From positions 1-26,592 of IMG/VR virus record IMGVR_UViG_3300037991_006185: 26,592 nt of DNA; one strand, written 5' to 3'. This document shows positions 1-7,397 of this stretch, piece by piece. Made by a program: the position numbers and the translations under genes. Position 1 is the first letter of the stretch. Each line of letters starts with the position of its first letter. Below the pieces are notes generated by a model, which was not told where the DNA came from, ran no database searches, and worked only from the letters and a program-made list of their open reading frames with translations. The stretch comes from a virus (Duplodnaviria; Caudoviricetes).

Positions 1-2168
1 CTAACTCCTCCTCCACCTTCACTTACTGCACCAGCCATTTCACCTGGTGTTTTAGTTGCTATTAAATAATCTGCTGGATCTGTTGATATAACATCTCCCT
101 CAGGGTCTATAACTCCATCTCCTATTCCTATAGTTTTTCCAGTATTTGCTAAAGCAGTGTTTCCAGCAGAATTTTCAAAATCAACTTTTCCAAATGAATC
201 ACCAAATGGGTTTAAAAATCCTAGTAAATCTTGAGTATAACCTATTATAGTTCCTATAAGTCCTGCAACAAATGATATTACTTGAACTATAGGACTTAAA
301 GCTGTACCTAATTGAACAAATGTTTGTTTTAATTGATCCATAGCAGCATTCATTTGATCTTGAGCTGATTTAGCTTCCAATTTTTGTGCTAATTCATCTT
401 CACCTTGTTCTCTTAATTCTTTAGCTGTTCTACCCATTACTTGTTGTTTAAACAACATATCAGCCATTTCGTCTGATGTCATACCCATAGCTGATGCTAG
501 GGCATCTTGTTGTAAAACATTCATTTTAGAGAATTCTGTAAAGTCTCCCATATTTTTAGCTAATTCTTTAGCTACTGTTTCTTGGTCTCCAGCTAACGCT
601 GCTGCTCTTGCTCTATCTAAGTTTAATTGTTTACCAGTCATTAACTCAGCTTCCATTTCTTTATTAATAGAAGATTCAAAATCTAACATTTGTCTTCCAG
701 CTGCTGCTACTTTTTCTAATGAAGTACCTAATAATTTAGCTTGTGTAACTGCTTTAGCTATTTCAACAGTATTACCCCCCATATTAGCTCTCATTTGACC
801 CGTAACGGCTCCTGTTTCTTCTAGAATTTGTTTCATATCAAGCTGTGTACCTGCTTGTCGTTGCATTTCATAACTAGCTGATAATGTAGATTTATAATTA
901 GCTTCTAAAGATGTACCTGTTGCTTCTGCTGCTTGAGCTAAATTTGAAGTTGCACTTGCACTTACACCTAATACTTTTTGTAATTTAGCAGCTGAACCTA
1001 AAGTTTCTGCGGTGAAATTAGCAACAAATCCTGCTTCTTTAGTTAAAGACATAAATGTCTCAAATACTTTAGTTCCTGTTACTGATACATTTCCTGCTGT
1101 TTTAGCTGCTGTTTGTAAATTACTATTAAAACTACGAGCTTCAACTTTAGTCATCATCATAGTTTTCTGAATTTCTGTAACTTGTTTATCAGCTTCTAAT
1201 AAACCTTTTACAAATTCAGCAATAAGAGCTATTGGACCTAAAGCTTTAGTTAATGCAGGACCTAATGACTTTATACCTGCCATCATGGTACTCATAGTTT
1301 TTGGAACTCCTTTTGTTATCGGAGTAAGATCATCTGCACCTATACCTAAACCTTTTGCTTTTTGAGCAGCACCCGCACCTGTAAGTTGTTTACCTGATTT
1401 GCTTACTAACTTATCAGTTAAACCTAACCTTTCTATTACATCTTTATTTAATCCCTTTCCTGATTGTAAAGCTTCTAAATCTGCGTCTCTTTGTTTAGTT
1501 TTTAAAGCAAAAATATCTTCCTGCTCCTGTTTATTCATTTCATTAGCAATAGCAGTTTTTTCAGCTGCATCAGCAGCATCACCAAACATACCTGTTAACT
1601 TATTCATACCAGGAATAGCTCCTGCTAATTCACTTAAAAATCCAAATCTTTTAACTCCTTTATCTCCTTGAACAGCTGCTTGAAATTCTTCAGCTTTTTG
1701 AATAGCAACATCAAATTCATTATTTTTTTTTCTTAAAGCTTTTACTTGTCCCTCAATTTCTGATCTTGCTTCTGCTGATAGATTCCCAAATTGTAAAGCA
1801 TATTCTAAATTTTTAATGTGAGCTTCTTTTTGAAGTTTTAATTGCTCAATTTTTTGTTTTTCTAAAAATACTCCGTTTGCCTGAATATTATTAAATTGAT
1901 CTGCTATACTAACTAAACCTTTAAATGATTTTTTAGCTAAACTTAATTCATAATTACCTTTAGTAAGTTCAGATATTGCTCCCCTTAAAGAAGATGACAT
2001 ATAAGATAAGTCATTATTTGCTTCTGTTAGGTCTTTTCTTAATGCAGCTAACTCTGCTCTTGCTTCTTTTAACTGTCCTTGTATAAAAGGTTGTTTAGAA
2101 GTAGTTCCTAATTCTTTTCGAATTAGTCTAATTTGCTCATTAATTTCTTTAAGATTTAATCTAGCCAT
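1..2168 (-). CDS. Tape-measure-like protein, 3'-truncated by the window edge (>722 aa)
   Basis: Not in the ORF track because it has no stop in the window. ATG at 2168 (MARLNLKEINEQIRLIRKELG...); the same frame reads ...DGVIDPEGDVISTDPADYLIATKTPGEMAGAVSEGGGGV at the window start. Ala/Lys/Glu/Leu-rich helical composition; lies right after tube and chaperone-like genes. Both ends and parts of the interior were translated by hand. Confidence 0.8.
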   Translation of the reverse strand, partial: MARLNLKEINEQIRLIRKELGTTSKQPFIQGQLKEARAELAALRKDLTEANNDLSYMSSSLRGAISELTKGNYELSLAKKSFKGLVSIADQFNNIQANGVFLEKQKIEQLKLQKEAHIKNLEYALQFGNLSAEARSEIEGQVKALRKKNNEFDVAIQKAEEFQAAVQGDKGVKRFGFLSELAGAIPGMNKLTGMFGDAADAAEKTAIANEMNKQEQEDIFALKTKQRDADLEALQSGKGLNKDVIERLGLTDKLVSKSGKQLTGAGAAQKAKGLGIGADDLTPITKGVPKTMSTMMAGIKSLGPALTKALGPIALIAEFVKGLLEADKQVTEIQKTMMMTKVEARSFNSNLQTAAKTAGNVSVTGTKVFETFMSLTKEAGFVANFTAETLGSAAKLQKVLGVSASATSNLAQAAEATGTSLEANYKSTLSASYEMQRQAGTQLDMKQILEETGAVTGQMRANMGGNTVEIAKAVTQAKLLGTSLEKVAAAGRQMLDFESSINKEMEAELMTGKQLNLDRARAAALAGDQETVAKELAKNMGDFTEFSKMNVLQQDALASAMGMTSDEMADMLFKQQVMGRTAKELREQGEDELAQKLEAKSAQDQMNAAMDQLKQTFVQLGTALSPIVQVISFVAGLIGTIIGYTQDLLGFLNPFGDSFGKVDFENSAGNTALANTGKTIGIGDGVIDPEGDVISTDPADYLIATKTPGEMAGAVSEGGGGV

Positions 2169-2183
2169 TAAGGATTAATTTTA

Positions 2184-2193
2184 TTATAAATAT
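2184..2193 (-). promoter_or_regulatory. Putative late-promoter motif ATATTTATAA upstream of tape measure
   Basis: 15 nt upstream of ATG 2168; same motif recurs before six other structural genes. Confidence 0.6.
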
Positions 2194-2202
2194 CAAAAAT
2201 AA

Positions 2203-2517
2203 CTATTTTTTAGACATTTTAGTAGTATAAGTTGGTTTAGACTTTGGTTTAGATTTTGCTGATTTTAAAAATTCAGGAGCTGTTACTTTACCATCAGTAG
2301 TTACTGATTTAGCGCTACTTCTACCGCTTTTTGCTTTTTTTACAGCTTCTGCTTCTTCAGCATAATGGCTTTGAATTCTTTGAAATGTAAAATTACGTAA
2401 CCAAATAGGCATGTTATAAATTGTATGCCAATCATAACCACCTTTACCGTGAAAAACTATTTCGTGAATTTGAGTAAATACAGATACTCTATATTGTGGA
2501 GTCAGGCCAAAAAAATT
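2203..2517 (-). CDS. Small tail/baseplate-hub assembly ORF (T4 gp51-like or lambda T-like position); probably expressed by frameshift from the upstream gene
   Basis: Track gives only 2203-2412 (69 aa), but the frame is open upstream to a TAA at 2518-2520 and reads NFFGLTPQYRVSVFTQIHEIVFHGKGGYDWHTIYNMPIWLRNFTF..., overlapping the end of the 249-aa gene. No ATG/GTG/TTG in the extension. Confidence 0.7.
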   Translation of the reverse strand, partial: NFFGLTPQYRVSVFTQIHEIVFHGKGGYDWHTIYNMPIWLRNFTFQRIQSHYAEEAEAVKKAKSGRSSAKSVTTDGKVTAPEFLKSAKSKPKSKPTYTTKMSKK

Positions 2518-3238
2518 TTATGCCTATTGGCATCTCTACGTCCTCCTCACCGCTACTTGTATCTACTTTTACAGTTAGATCTACATCTGGTTGTGTTTCT
2601 CTAATGTGATTTCGAAATGATCTAGAATCCATTGCTAATAAATAATTATCAACAAATTCTCTAATTGTTTTCTTATCCTCACTTCCATCAACTGACGTTA
2701 TCATCTGTTTAATTCTTGTAGATATAATAGGGTTTGATTTTGGGTTAATTTTTTGTAAACCTTGAATCTCTTTATTTACAGCTTGTTCATCTCCATGATT
2801 TAAATACTTATAAGTAATTACAGTACCTGAGTGTGGAAAAGTATAATTAAATTCATTTTTACCTTGTTTGAATTGAGATTCATCTAATTTTTTATTTTCT
2901 AATTTAGATAAATCAGCAGTAACTTCTTCTCCTCTTAACGTAAATTTATAAGTACTTCCATAACCTAATATTCTAGCTGATATTAATAATGCATTTTTAT
3001 CACCAATAATTAAATCATTAAAATTAATATCTTTTGATACTATTAAAGATTTTAATAATTCATCTAGCACTATACCATCACTAATATAAGAAGTATTAGT
3101 TAATATATCCTCTTCTCTAGCAGTCATGTATTTTATTTCAACTTTTCCACTAGATAATGGATTATCCTCAGGATAAAGTAATCCTTTAGATGGTAATTCA
3201 ACTATTTCTGTTGGGAATTTAAATTTTGATTCGCTCAT
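2489..3238 (-). CDS. T4 gp26-like baseplate hub / tail assembly chaperone (249 aa)
   Basis: Motifs VELPSKG..Y, IKYMTAREEDIL, L..GD...LLISARILGYG and C-terminal FFWP; located between tube and tape measure. Confidence 0.75.
   Translation of the reverse strand: MSESKFKFPTEIVELPSKGLLYPEDNPLSSGKVEIKYMTAREEDILTNTSYISDGIVLDELLKSLIVSKDINFNDLIIGDKNALLISARILGYGSTYKFTLRGEEVTADLSKLENKKLDESQFKQGKNEFNYTFPHSGTVITYKYLNHGDEQAVNKEIQGLQKINPKSNPIISTRIKQMITSVDGSEDKKTIREFVDNYLLAMDSRSFRNHIRETQPDVDLTVKVDTSSGEEDVEMPIGIKFFWPDSTI
2506..2520 (-). other. Candidate programmed frameshift site (minus strand A AAA TTT TTT TGG C; T7 run at 2509-2515)
   Basis: T7 run lies in the short overlap between the 249-aa ORF and the downstream frame; +1 (or -2) gives FF-GLTPQYR..., while -1 meets TGA within about two codons. 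Confidence 0.6.
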
Positions 3239-3266
3239 ATCTTTTATTTATTATAACTTTATTCGA

Positions 3267-3276
3267 GTATACATAT
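3267..3276 (-). promoter_or_regulatory. Putative late-promoter motif ATATGTATAC upstream of gp26-like gene
   Basis: 28 nt upstream of ATG 3238, immediately after the tube terminator. Confidence 0.5.
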
Positions 3277-3283
3277 ATAACAT

Positions 3284-3310
3284 AAAAAAAAGCTTGACAT
3301 AAGCCAAGCT
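3284..3310 (-). terminator. Intrinsic terminator after tail tube gene
   Basis: Minus strand AGCTTGGC-TTAT-GTCAAGCT followed by a T7 run; 8-bp stem with one G-U pair that forms only on the minus-strand RNA. Confidence 0.8.
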
Positions 3311-3336
3311 ATTTTTAAAATTTATGTAATTTCTTT

Positions 3337-3825
3337 TTAGAAATTTAATACGCAGTAATCCATTCCTACTGTTAACTGAACATCTTGAGCTTCTGCGTCA
3401 GTATCCCAATTGAATCCTTTAAATGTTGCATTTTTAATAAATGCTCCTTTTATAATCCATTCTGATACTACATCACCTACAGGTCCTAATACATTAATTG
3501 TTAAGTCTTTCTTATAGAAATCAGAGTAACCATCTCTACCTGTTACAGATTCGTGATGTAATCTTACCCACTCCATTACTGCTTGAGCACCTGATGGTGT
3601 AATTGGATCATATAATGTAAAGTTTAGATCACCCCAAGTAGCTTTACCTTTTACTTTTCTATAAGTATTAATGTGATTTAGTATGATTTCACCTTGCTCT
3701 AAAGTAATTTCTCCTACTTCTTTTATCATATATGATGGTATACCATCTACATACATTATAAATCTATTAGCAACTTTTGGTTCAAAAGCTGTGAAAAACA
3801 TTTCGTTTGGATTTACTACTGCCAT
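3337..3825 (-). CDS. gp19: Tail tube protein (T4 gp19-like), 162 aa
   Basis: FEPK..NRF, KVKGKATWGDLNFTLYDP, VMEW, YKKD.TI..LGP.G..V.EW..KGAF; directly downstream of the sheath. Confidence 0.9.
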   Translation of the reverse strand: MAVVNPNEMFFTAFEPKVANRFIMYVDGIPSYMIKEVGEITLEQGEIILNHINTYRKVKGKATWGDLNFTLYDPITPSGAQAVMEWVRLHHESVTGRDGYSDFYKKDLTINVLGPVGDVVSEWIIKGAFIKNATFKGFNWDTDAEAQDVQLTVGMDYCVLNF

Positions 3826-3846
3826 TTTATTATTTATTTTATTTTA

Positions 3847-3856
3847 TTATACATAT
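3847..3856 (-). promoter_or_regulatory. Putative late-promoter motif ATATGTATAA upstream of tube gene
   Basis: 21 nt upstream of ATG 3825. Confidence 0.6.
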
Positions 3857-3871
3857 TATGTTTTATATTCC

Positions 3872-6490
3872 TTATGATGGGAACTCAGCTCCAGTTGGTA
3901 AAATGTTGAAATCTAAGTAAATGAATTCAGCAGTTCTAGTTGGCTGGATAAATATTGCACCTACCATTTGGTTTCTATCAACAACGTCTGGTCCATTATT
4001 AGCTGCATCCATTTGTACTTTAAAGGCAAATAAACCTTGTCTTTGTTGTACTGATTCTAAATATGGGTTAACTTGTGATAAGAAATTGTTTCTTGTAGCA
4101 GCTGTATTTTGTTCAAATACTAAATTATCAGCAATTTGTACAATAAACGATTTTAAAGCTATTAATAATCTTCTAACATTGATTCTATCTAAAGCTGATG
4201 CTTGAGATTGTAATGTTTTCTGACCAAATACTACAACTCCTTTTCCTGGGAATGTAGCTATTGGATTAACTTTACCTGTGTATAAACTATCTCTATTAGT
4301 TTGTGTTAATTTTCTTTCTGCTTGTACTACCGTACTTAAACCACCTCTGTTAATTCCAGCAGGTGCGAACCAAGCTTCACTTGTTCTGTCATTAAACGCA
4401 TATACACCAGGAATTAACGCTGAAGGTACTGACCATACTAATTGTCTTGAATCTGGGTCATTTAATTGAACCCAAGGCCAATAAGCAGCAGCATAAGAAT
4501 TATCAATTGAAGCAGCTTGTGTTGTTGCTTGTGTTACTGTTGATCCATACTTAACTAAATCAATAACTGCAATTGCATCTCCTCTTGTTTGAGTATTTTG
4601 AATTAGTGTATTTAATGGAGTTGCATATATTGAAGCTGCATAATATAAACCTGGAGCTGTAATAATATTATATTGATAATCATCCTTATTTGCTAATAAA
4701 TTAAATGCGTCAGTATAATTTTGCATTTCATCAGTTCCAAATCCTTGAGAATTTGTATCACTTATTTCATTATAATATTTAGCTGTTGCTCCTAAGAATA
4801 ATCTTCCTTCTGCTCCACCAAACGATCCACTTGCATTATCTGGAATGTATGATTTAAATGCTGTTTTAGCTACACCATTATTATCAAAATAATCTGGTGT
4901 TTTATAATTTACAGCACTTACTCTTACATATCTTGAAGCATTAGCATAAGATCCAGTTGTTTGACAATATAAATCTGTACCTGAACCTCTTCTTGTTTTT
5001 GTCATGTCTCCAATTACTCTAGCTACATAGTTAGATTGTTTTGGATCTAATGATACATTAGGGAATATTTCTAATACTCTTTTAGCTGTTGCTGTATCAT
5101 TACCTTGTCTAATTACTACACTAAATGTTCCTTGATCTTCATTTCTACCTTGAATTTCCCATCTAATATTGTCAGATGTTCCATCTGTTAAAGTTCCATT
5201 TGATCCTGATACTGGAGATCCTCCTCCACTATTCATTACTATACCATCAGTTAGTGTTTCTAATACAAATGCTTCTGCATCTAATATATCTGCATCTTGT
5301 AGTGTTAATGTTATAGCTGATGCACCTACAATTGGAGCTACAGGAGTTATTGTAACTGTATCACCTGCTACATATCCTGATCCAGCAGCATTTCCTATTG
5401 TTAATGATTCTAAATCAAATGCTACGTCAGCTGCAGCTAAAGTAATTACTAGGTTAGCTCCTGGGCTACCTATAAGTGAAGCTGCAATTGTAATTTCATC
5501 ACCTGCTGCATATCCTACTCCTGCTACATTTGCTGTAACTGAAGTTAATTCAGTAGTTAAATCTGCTTGTGTAATTGTAATATCTAGGTTACCACCTGTA
5601 GTACCAATACTACCATCAGCATCCATATTTACTTTTGTTACTGTAAGAGTGTCATTAGCTACATAAGTACCACCTGATCCAACACCTGAAATTACAACTC
5701 CTGTAATATTAACACCGTCTGATGTTACTAATACAGTTGCTCCTGTTCCTGTTCCTGATGAAGAAGTTGCTATAGCAGCTGTTGTTCCTGCTGCAGTTGC
5801 AGTTACTGCACCACCTGGAAGTGTTAAAGCTCTTGCAGCTGTAAAGGTTGCATTAGTTGGTGCTGCTGTTACTACATCTACAGTTAAGCTTGTTCCTGAT
5901 CCATTTGTTGTAGTAGCTACACCTGAAAATGTTCCTATTGAGGTTGCGTTATTTATACCACCTGTAGTACTACTAATATCTAATACTTCACCAGCATTAA
6001 TTCTACCTAAAGATTGACCTATAGTAAAATCAAATGTTGCACCTAAACCTGCTCCGGATGTTGCTGTTTGTGATATATTTGAATTTGAACCACCAGTTAT
6101 AGCAATACCTTCACCACCAGTAGCGGATCCAGTCATGTTAAAGTTATCTTGTAATATTCCACTTTCAACCTCATTTCTAATAGCAGAAGAAGTTGCTGGA
6201 GTAAATGATCCTGAAGCTACTCTACTTACGATTAATGATGTACCACCATTATTAAAGTAATTATATGCTGATATAGAAGTAAAATATGTGAATTCGTCTG
6301 AACCACTTTGAAAGGTACTACCAAAGTTTGCTAAATATTCCGAGTAACTTGTTACTAACTTAGGAATGTTTACTTTACCTTTTACTGTAGGACCAACGAT
6401 ACAAGCCCCTGCCTGTAATGGTTGTGAAGTTATTTGAGATTGATCATTTTCTCTTGCTAATACTCCTGGGGAAATTAATGTTTCTGCCAT
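3872..6490 (-). CDS. gp18: Contractile tail sheath protein (T4 gp18-like), 872 aa, with ~300-aa insertion
   Basis: N-terminal SPGVLAREND, GPTVKG; C-terminal YAAAYWPW, WFAPAGINRG, VNPIATFPGKGVVVFGQKTL, DRINVRRL, IQPTRTAEFI. Confidence 0.95.
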   Translation of the reverse strand: MAETLISPGVLARENDQSQITSQPLQAGACIVGPTVKGKVNIPKLVTSYSEYLANFGSTFQSGSDEFTYFTSISAYNYFNNGGTSLIVSRVASGSFTPATSSAIRNEVESGILQDNFNMTGSATGGEGIAITGGSNSNISQTATSGAGLGATFDFTIGQSLGRINAGEVLDISSTTGGINNATSIGTFSGVATTTNGSGTSLTVDVVTAAPTNATFTAARALTLPGGAVTATAAGTTAAIATSSSGTGTGATVLVTSDGVNITGVVISGVGSGGTYVANDTLTVTKVNMDADGSIGTTGGNLDITITQADLTTELTSVTANVAGVGYAAGDEITIAASLIGSPGANLVITLAAADVAFDLESLTIGNAAGSGYVAGDTVTITPVAPIVGASAITLTLQDADILDAEAFVLETLTDGIVMNSGGGSPVSGSNGTLTDGTSDNIRWEIQGRNEDQGTFSVVIRQGNDTATAKRVLEIFPNVSLDPKQSNYVARVIGDMTKTRRGSGTDLYCQTTGSYANASRYVRVSAVNYKTPDYFDNNGVAKTAFKSYIPDNASGSFGGAEGRLFLGATAKYYNEISDTNSQGFGTDEMQNYTDAFNLLANKDDYQYNIITAPGLYYAASIYATPLNTLIQNTQTRGDAIAVIDLVKYGSTVTQATTQAASIDNSYAAAYWPWVQLNDPDSRQLVWSVPSALIPGVYAFNDRTSEAWFAPAGINRGGLSTVVQAERKLTQTNRDSLYTGKVNPIATFPGKGVVVFGQKTLQSQASALDRINVRRLLIALKSFIVQIADNLVFEQNTAATRNNFLSQVNPYLESVQQRQGLFAFKVQMDAANNGPDVVDRNQMVGAIFIQPTRTAEFIYLDFNILPTGAEFPS

Positions 6491-6505
6491 TTTATGTTAT
6501 TTTTA

Positions 6506-6515
6506 TGATAAATAT
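6506..6515 (-). promoter_or_regulatory. Putative late-promoter motif ATATTTATCA upstream of sheath gene
   Basis: 15 nt upstream of ATG 6490. Confidence 0.55.
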
Positions 6516-6534
6516 ACTAAATTTCTTCAAAAGT

Positions 6535-6792
6535 CTATTTACTTGGTAAAAACTCACCAGTTTCTAATGAAATAGTTCCTGGTCCATATTTCTCCTCTAG
6601 CTCTTTAGCTAAAGCAGCTTCTTCTTGTTGTAAACCTTGCAAACTCAACTTTAATTGTTCTTTTTTTATTTGTATGTTATAATTTTGTATTTCTACAACA
6701 CCTGAAACTTCTGTAATTTTCTTTAACCTATCTTTTAACTCCTGAATTTTACTAATTTCTTCTTTTTCTAAAACTTTATTTTTTTCAATCAT
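6535..6792 (-). CDS. Small coiled-coil protein (85 aa), possible fibre assembly chaperone
   Basis: Glu/Lys/Leu/Gln heptad-like sequence ending in ELEEKYGPGTISLETGEF; has its own upstream motif. Function inferred from position only. Confidence 0.75.
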   Translation of the reverse strand: MIEKNKVLEKEEISKIQELKDRLKKITEVSGVVEIQNYNIQIKKEQLKLSLQGLQQEEAALAKELEEKYGPGTISLETGEFLPSK

Positions 6793-6806
6793 TGCGATTT
6801 ATTTTG

Positions 6807-6816
6807 TTATACATAT
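6807..6816 (-). promoter_or_regulatory. Putative late-promoter motif ATATGTATAA upstream of 85-aa gene
   Basis: 14 nt upstream of ATG 6792. Confidence 0.55.
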
Positions 6817-6841
6817 TAGAGAATTTCTAATAATATAATAG

Positions 6842-7396
6842 TTATAATACTAATTTAGGTATATAATATGTTTTTTGATTAAAATATTTATACTGTGTAT
6901 CCTTTGGGGGATTTACATTAATTTCTTTAATTGTTAAAGTACCCCATTTTAAATTATTACAATTATGTTCTACTACATCTTTATTACTTGAGTTAAACCA
7001 AGTAACTATACCTTTTTTATTTAATGATGATTCTATATTTGGTAAAAAATGATGTGCATTTTTTTCCTTCCAAGTATCAAACATAATACCATCATATTTT
7101 TTATTTGGAATACTATCAAACCAATCACCCTTTATTGGTATTACGTTAGGCTTATCTTTAGCCCAATTTAATAACTTTTCAAAAATTTGGTCATGAATTT
7201 CAATTATAGTATGAGTATTAATATTTGCTTGTTGTATAAAATTAGAGCAAATACCCATTCCAAACCCTATTTCTAGAATATCACCTCCATTTTCAGTAAC
7301 TATTTTAGCATGTTCTTGCATTAGATCAGTTTCCCAATCCATCATTATTTCAAGACCATTTTCATCTAAAATCTTGTCGTCTAAAAAAGTGTACAT
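6842..7396 (-). CDS. SAM-dependent methyltransferase, RMT2/guanidinoacetate N-methyltransferase (GAMT)-like, 184 aa
   Basis: IMMDWETDLM, GGDILEIGFGMGI (SAM-binding motif I), HTIIE.H, NVIPIKGDW and YDGIMFDTW match the hallmark blocks of GAMT and yeast Rmt2. Confidence 0.85.
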   Translation of the reverse strand: MYTFLDDKILDENGLEIMMDWETDLMQEHAKIVTENGGDILEIGFGMGICSNFIQQANINTHTIIEIHDQIFEKLLNWAKDKPNVIPIKGDWFDSIPNKKYDGIMFDTWKEKNAHHFLPNIESSLNKKGIVTWFNSSNKDVVEHNCNNLKWGTLTIKEINVNPPKDTQYKYFNQKTYYIPKLVL

Positions 7397-7397
7397 G

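Noticed and set aside
2506-2520. Canonical -1 frameshift (A AAA TTT / T TTT TTT)
   Set aside because: The -1 frame terminates at TGA within about two codons; only +1/-2 reaches the downstream ORF.
2531-2548. GAGGAGG 8 nt before an internal ATG near the frameshift site
   Set aside because: Encodes Glu-Glu-Asp in frame, lies ~26 nt from the slippery run (too far for known SD-stimulated shifts), and other genes here do not use SD.
5279-6169. Intein or intron as explanation for the sheath and capsid insertions
   Set aside because: No C/S...HN intein termini or homing-endonuclease motifs; inserts are in frame and beta-rich.
6814-6832. Short inverted repeat tattaga...tctaata, and similar AT palindromes near 19216-19238
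   Set aside because: Almost entirely A/T pairs with no U-tract; expected by chance in this composition.
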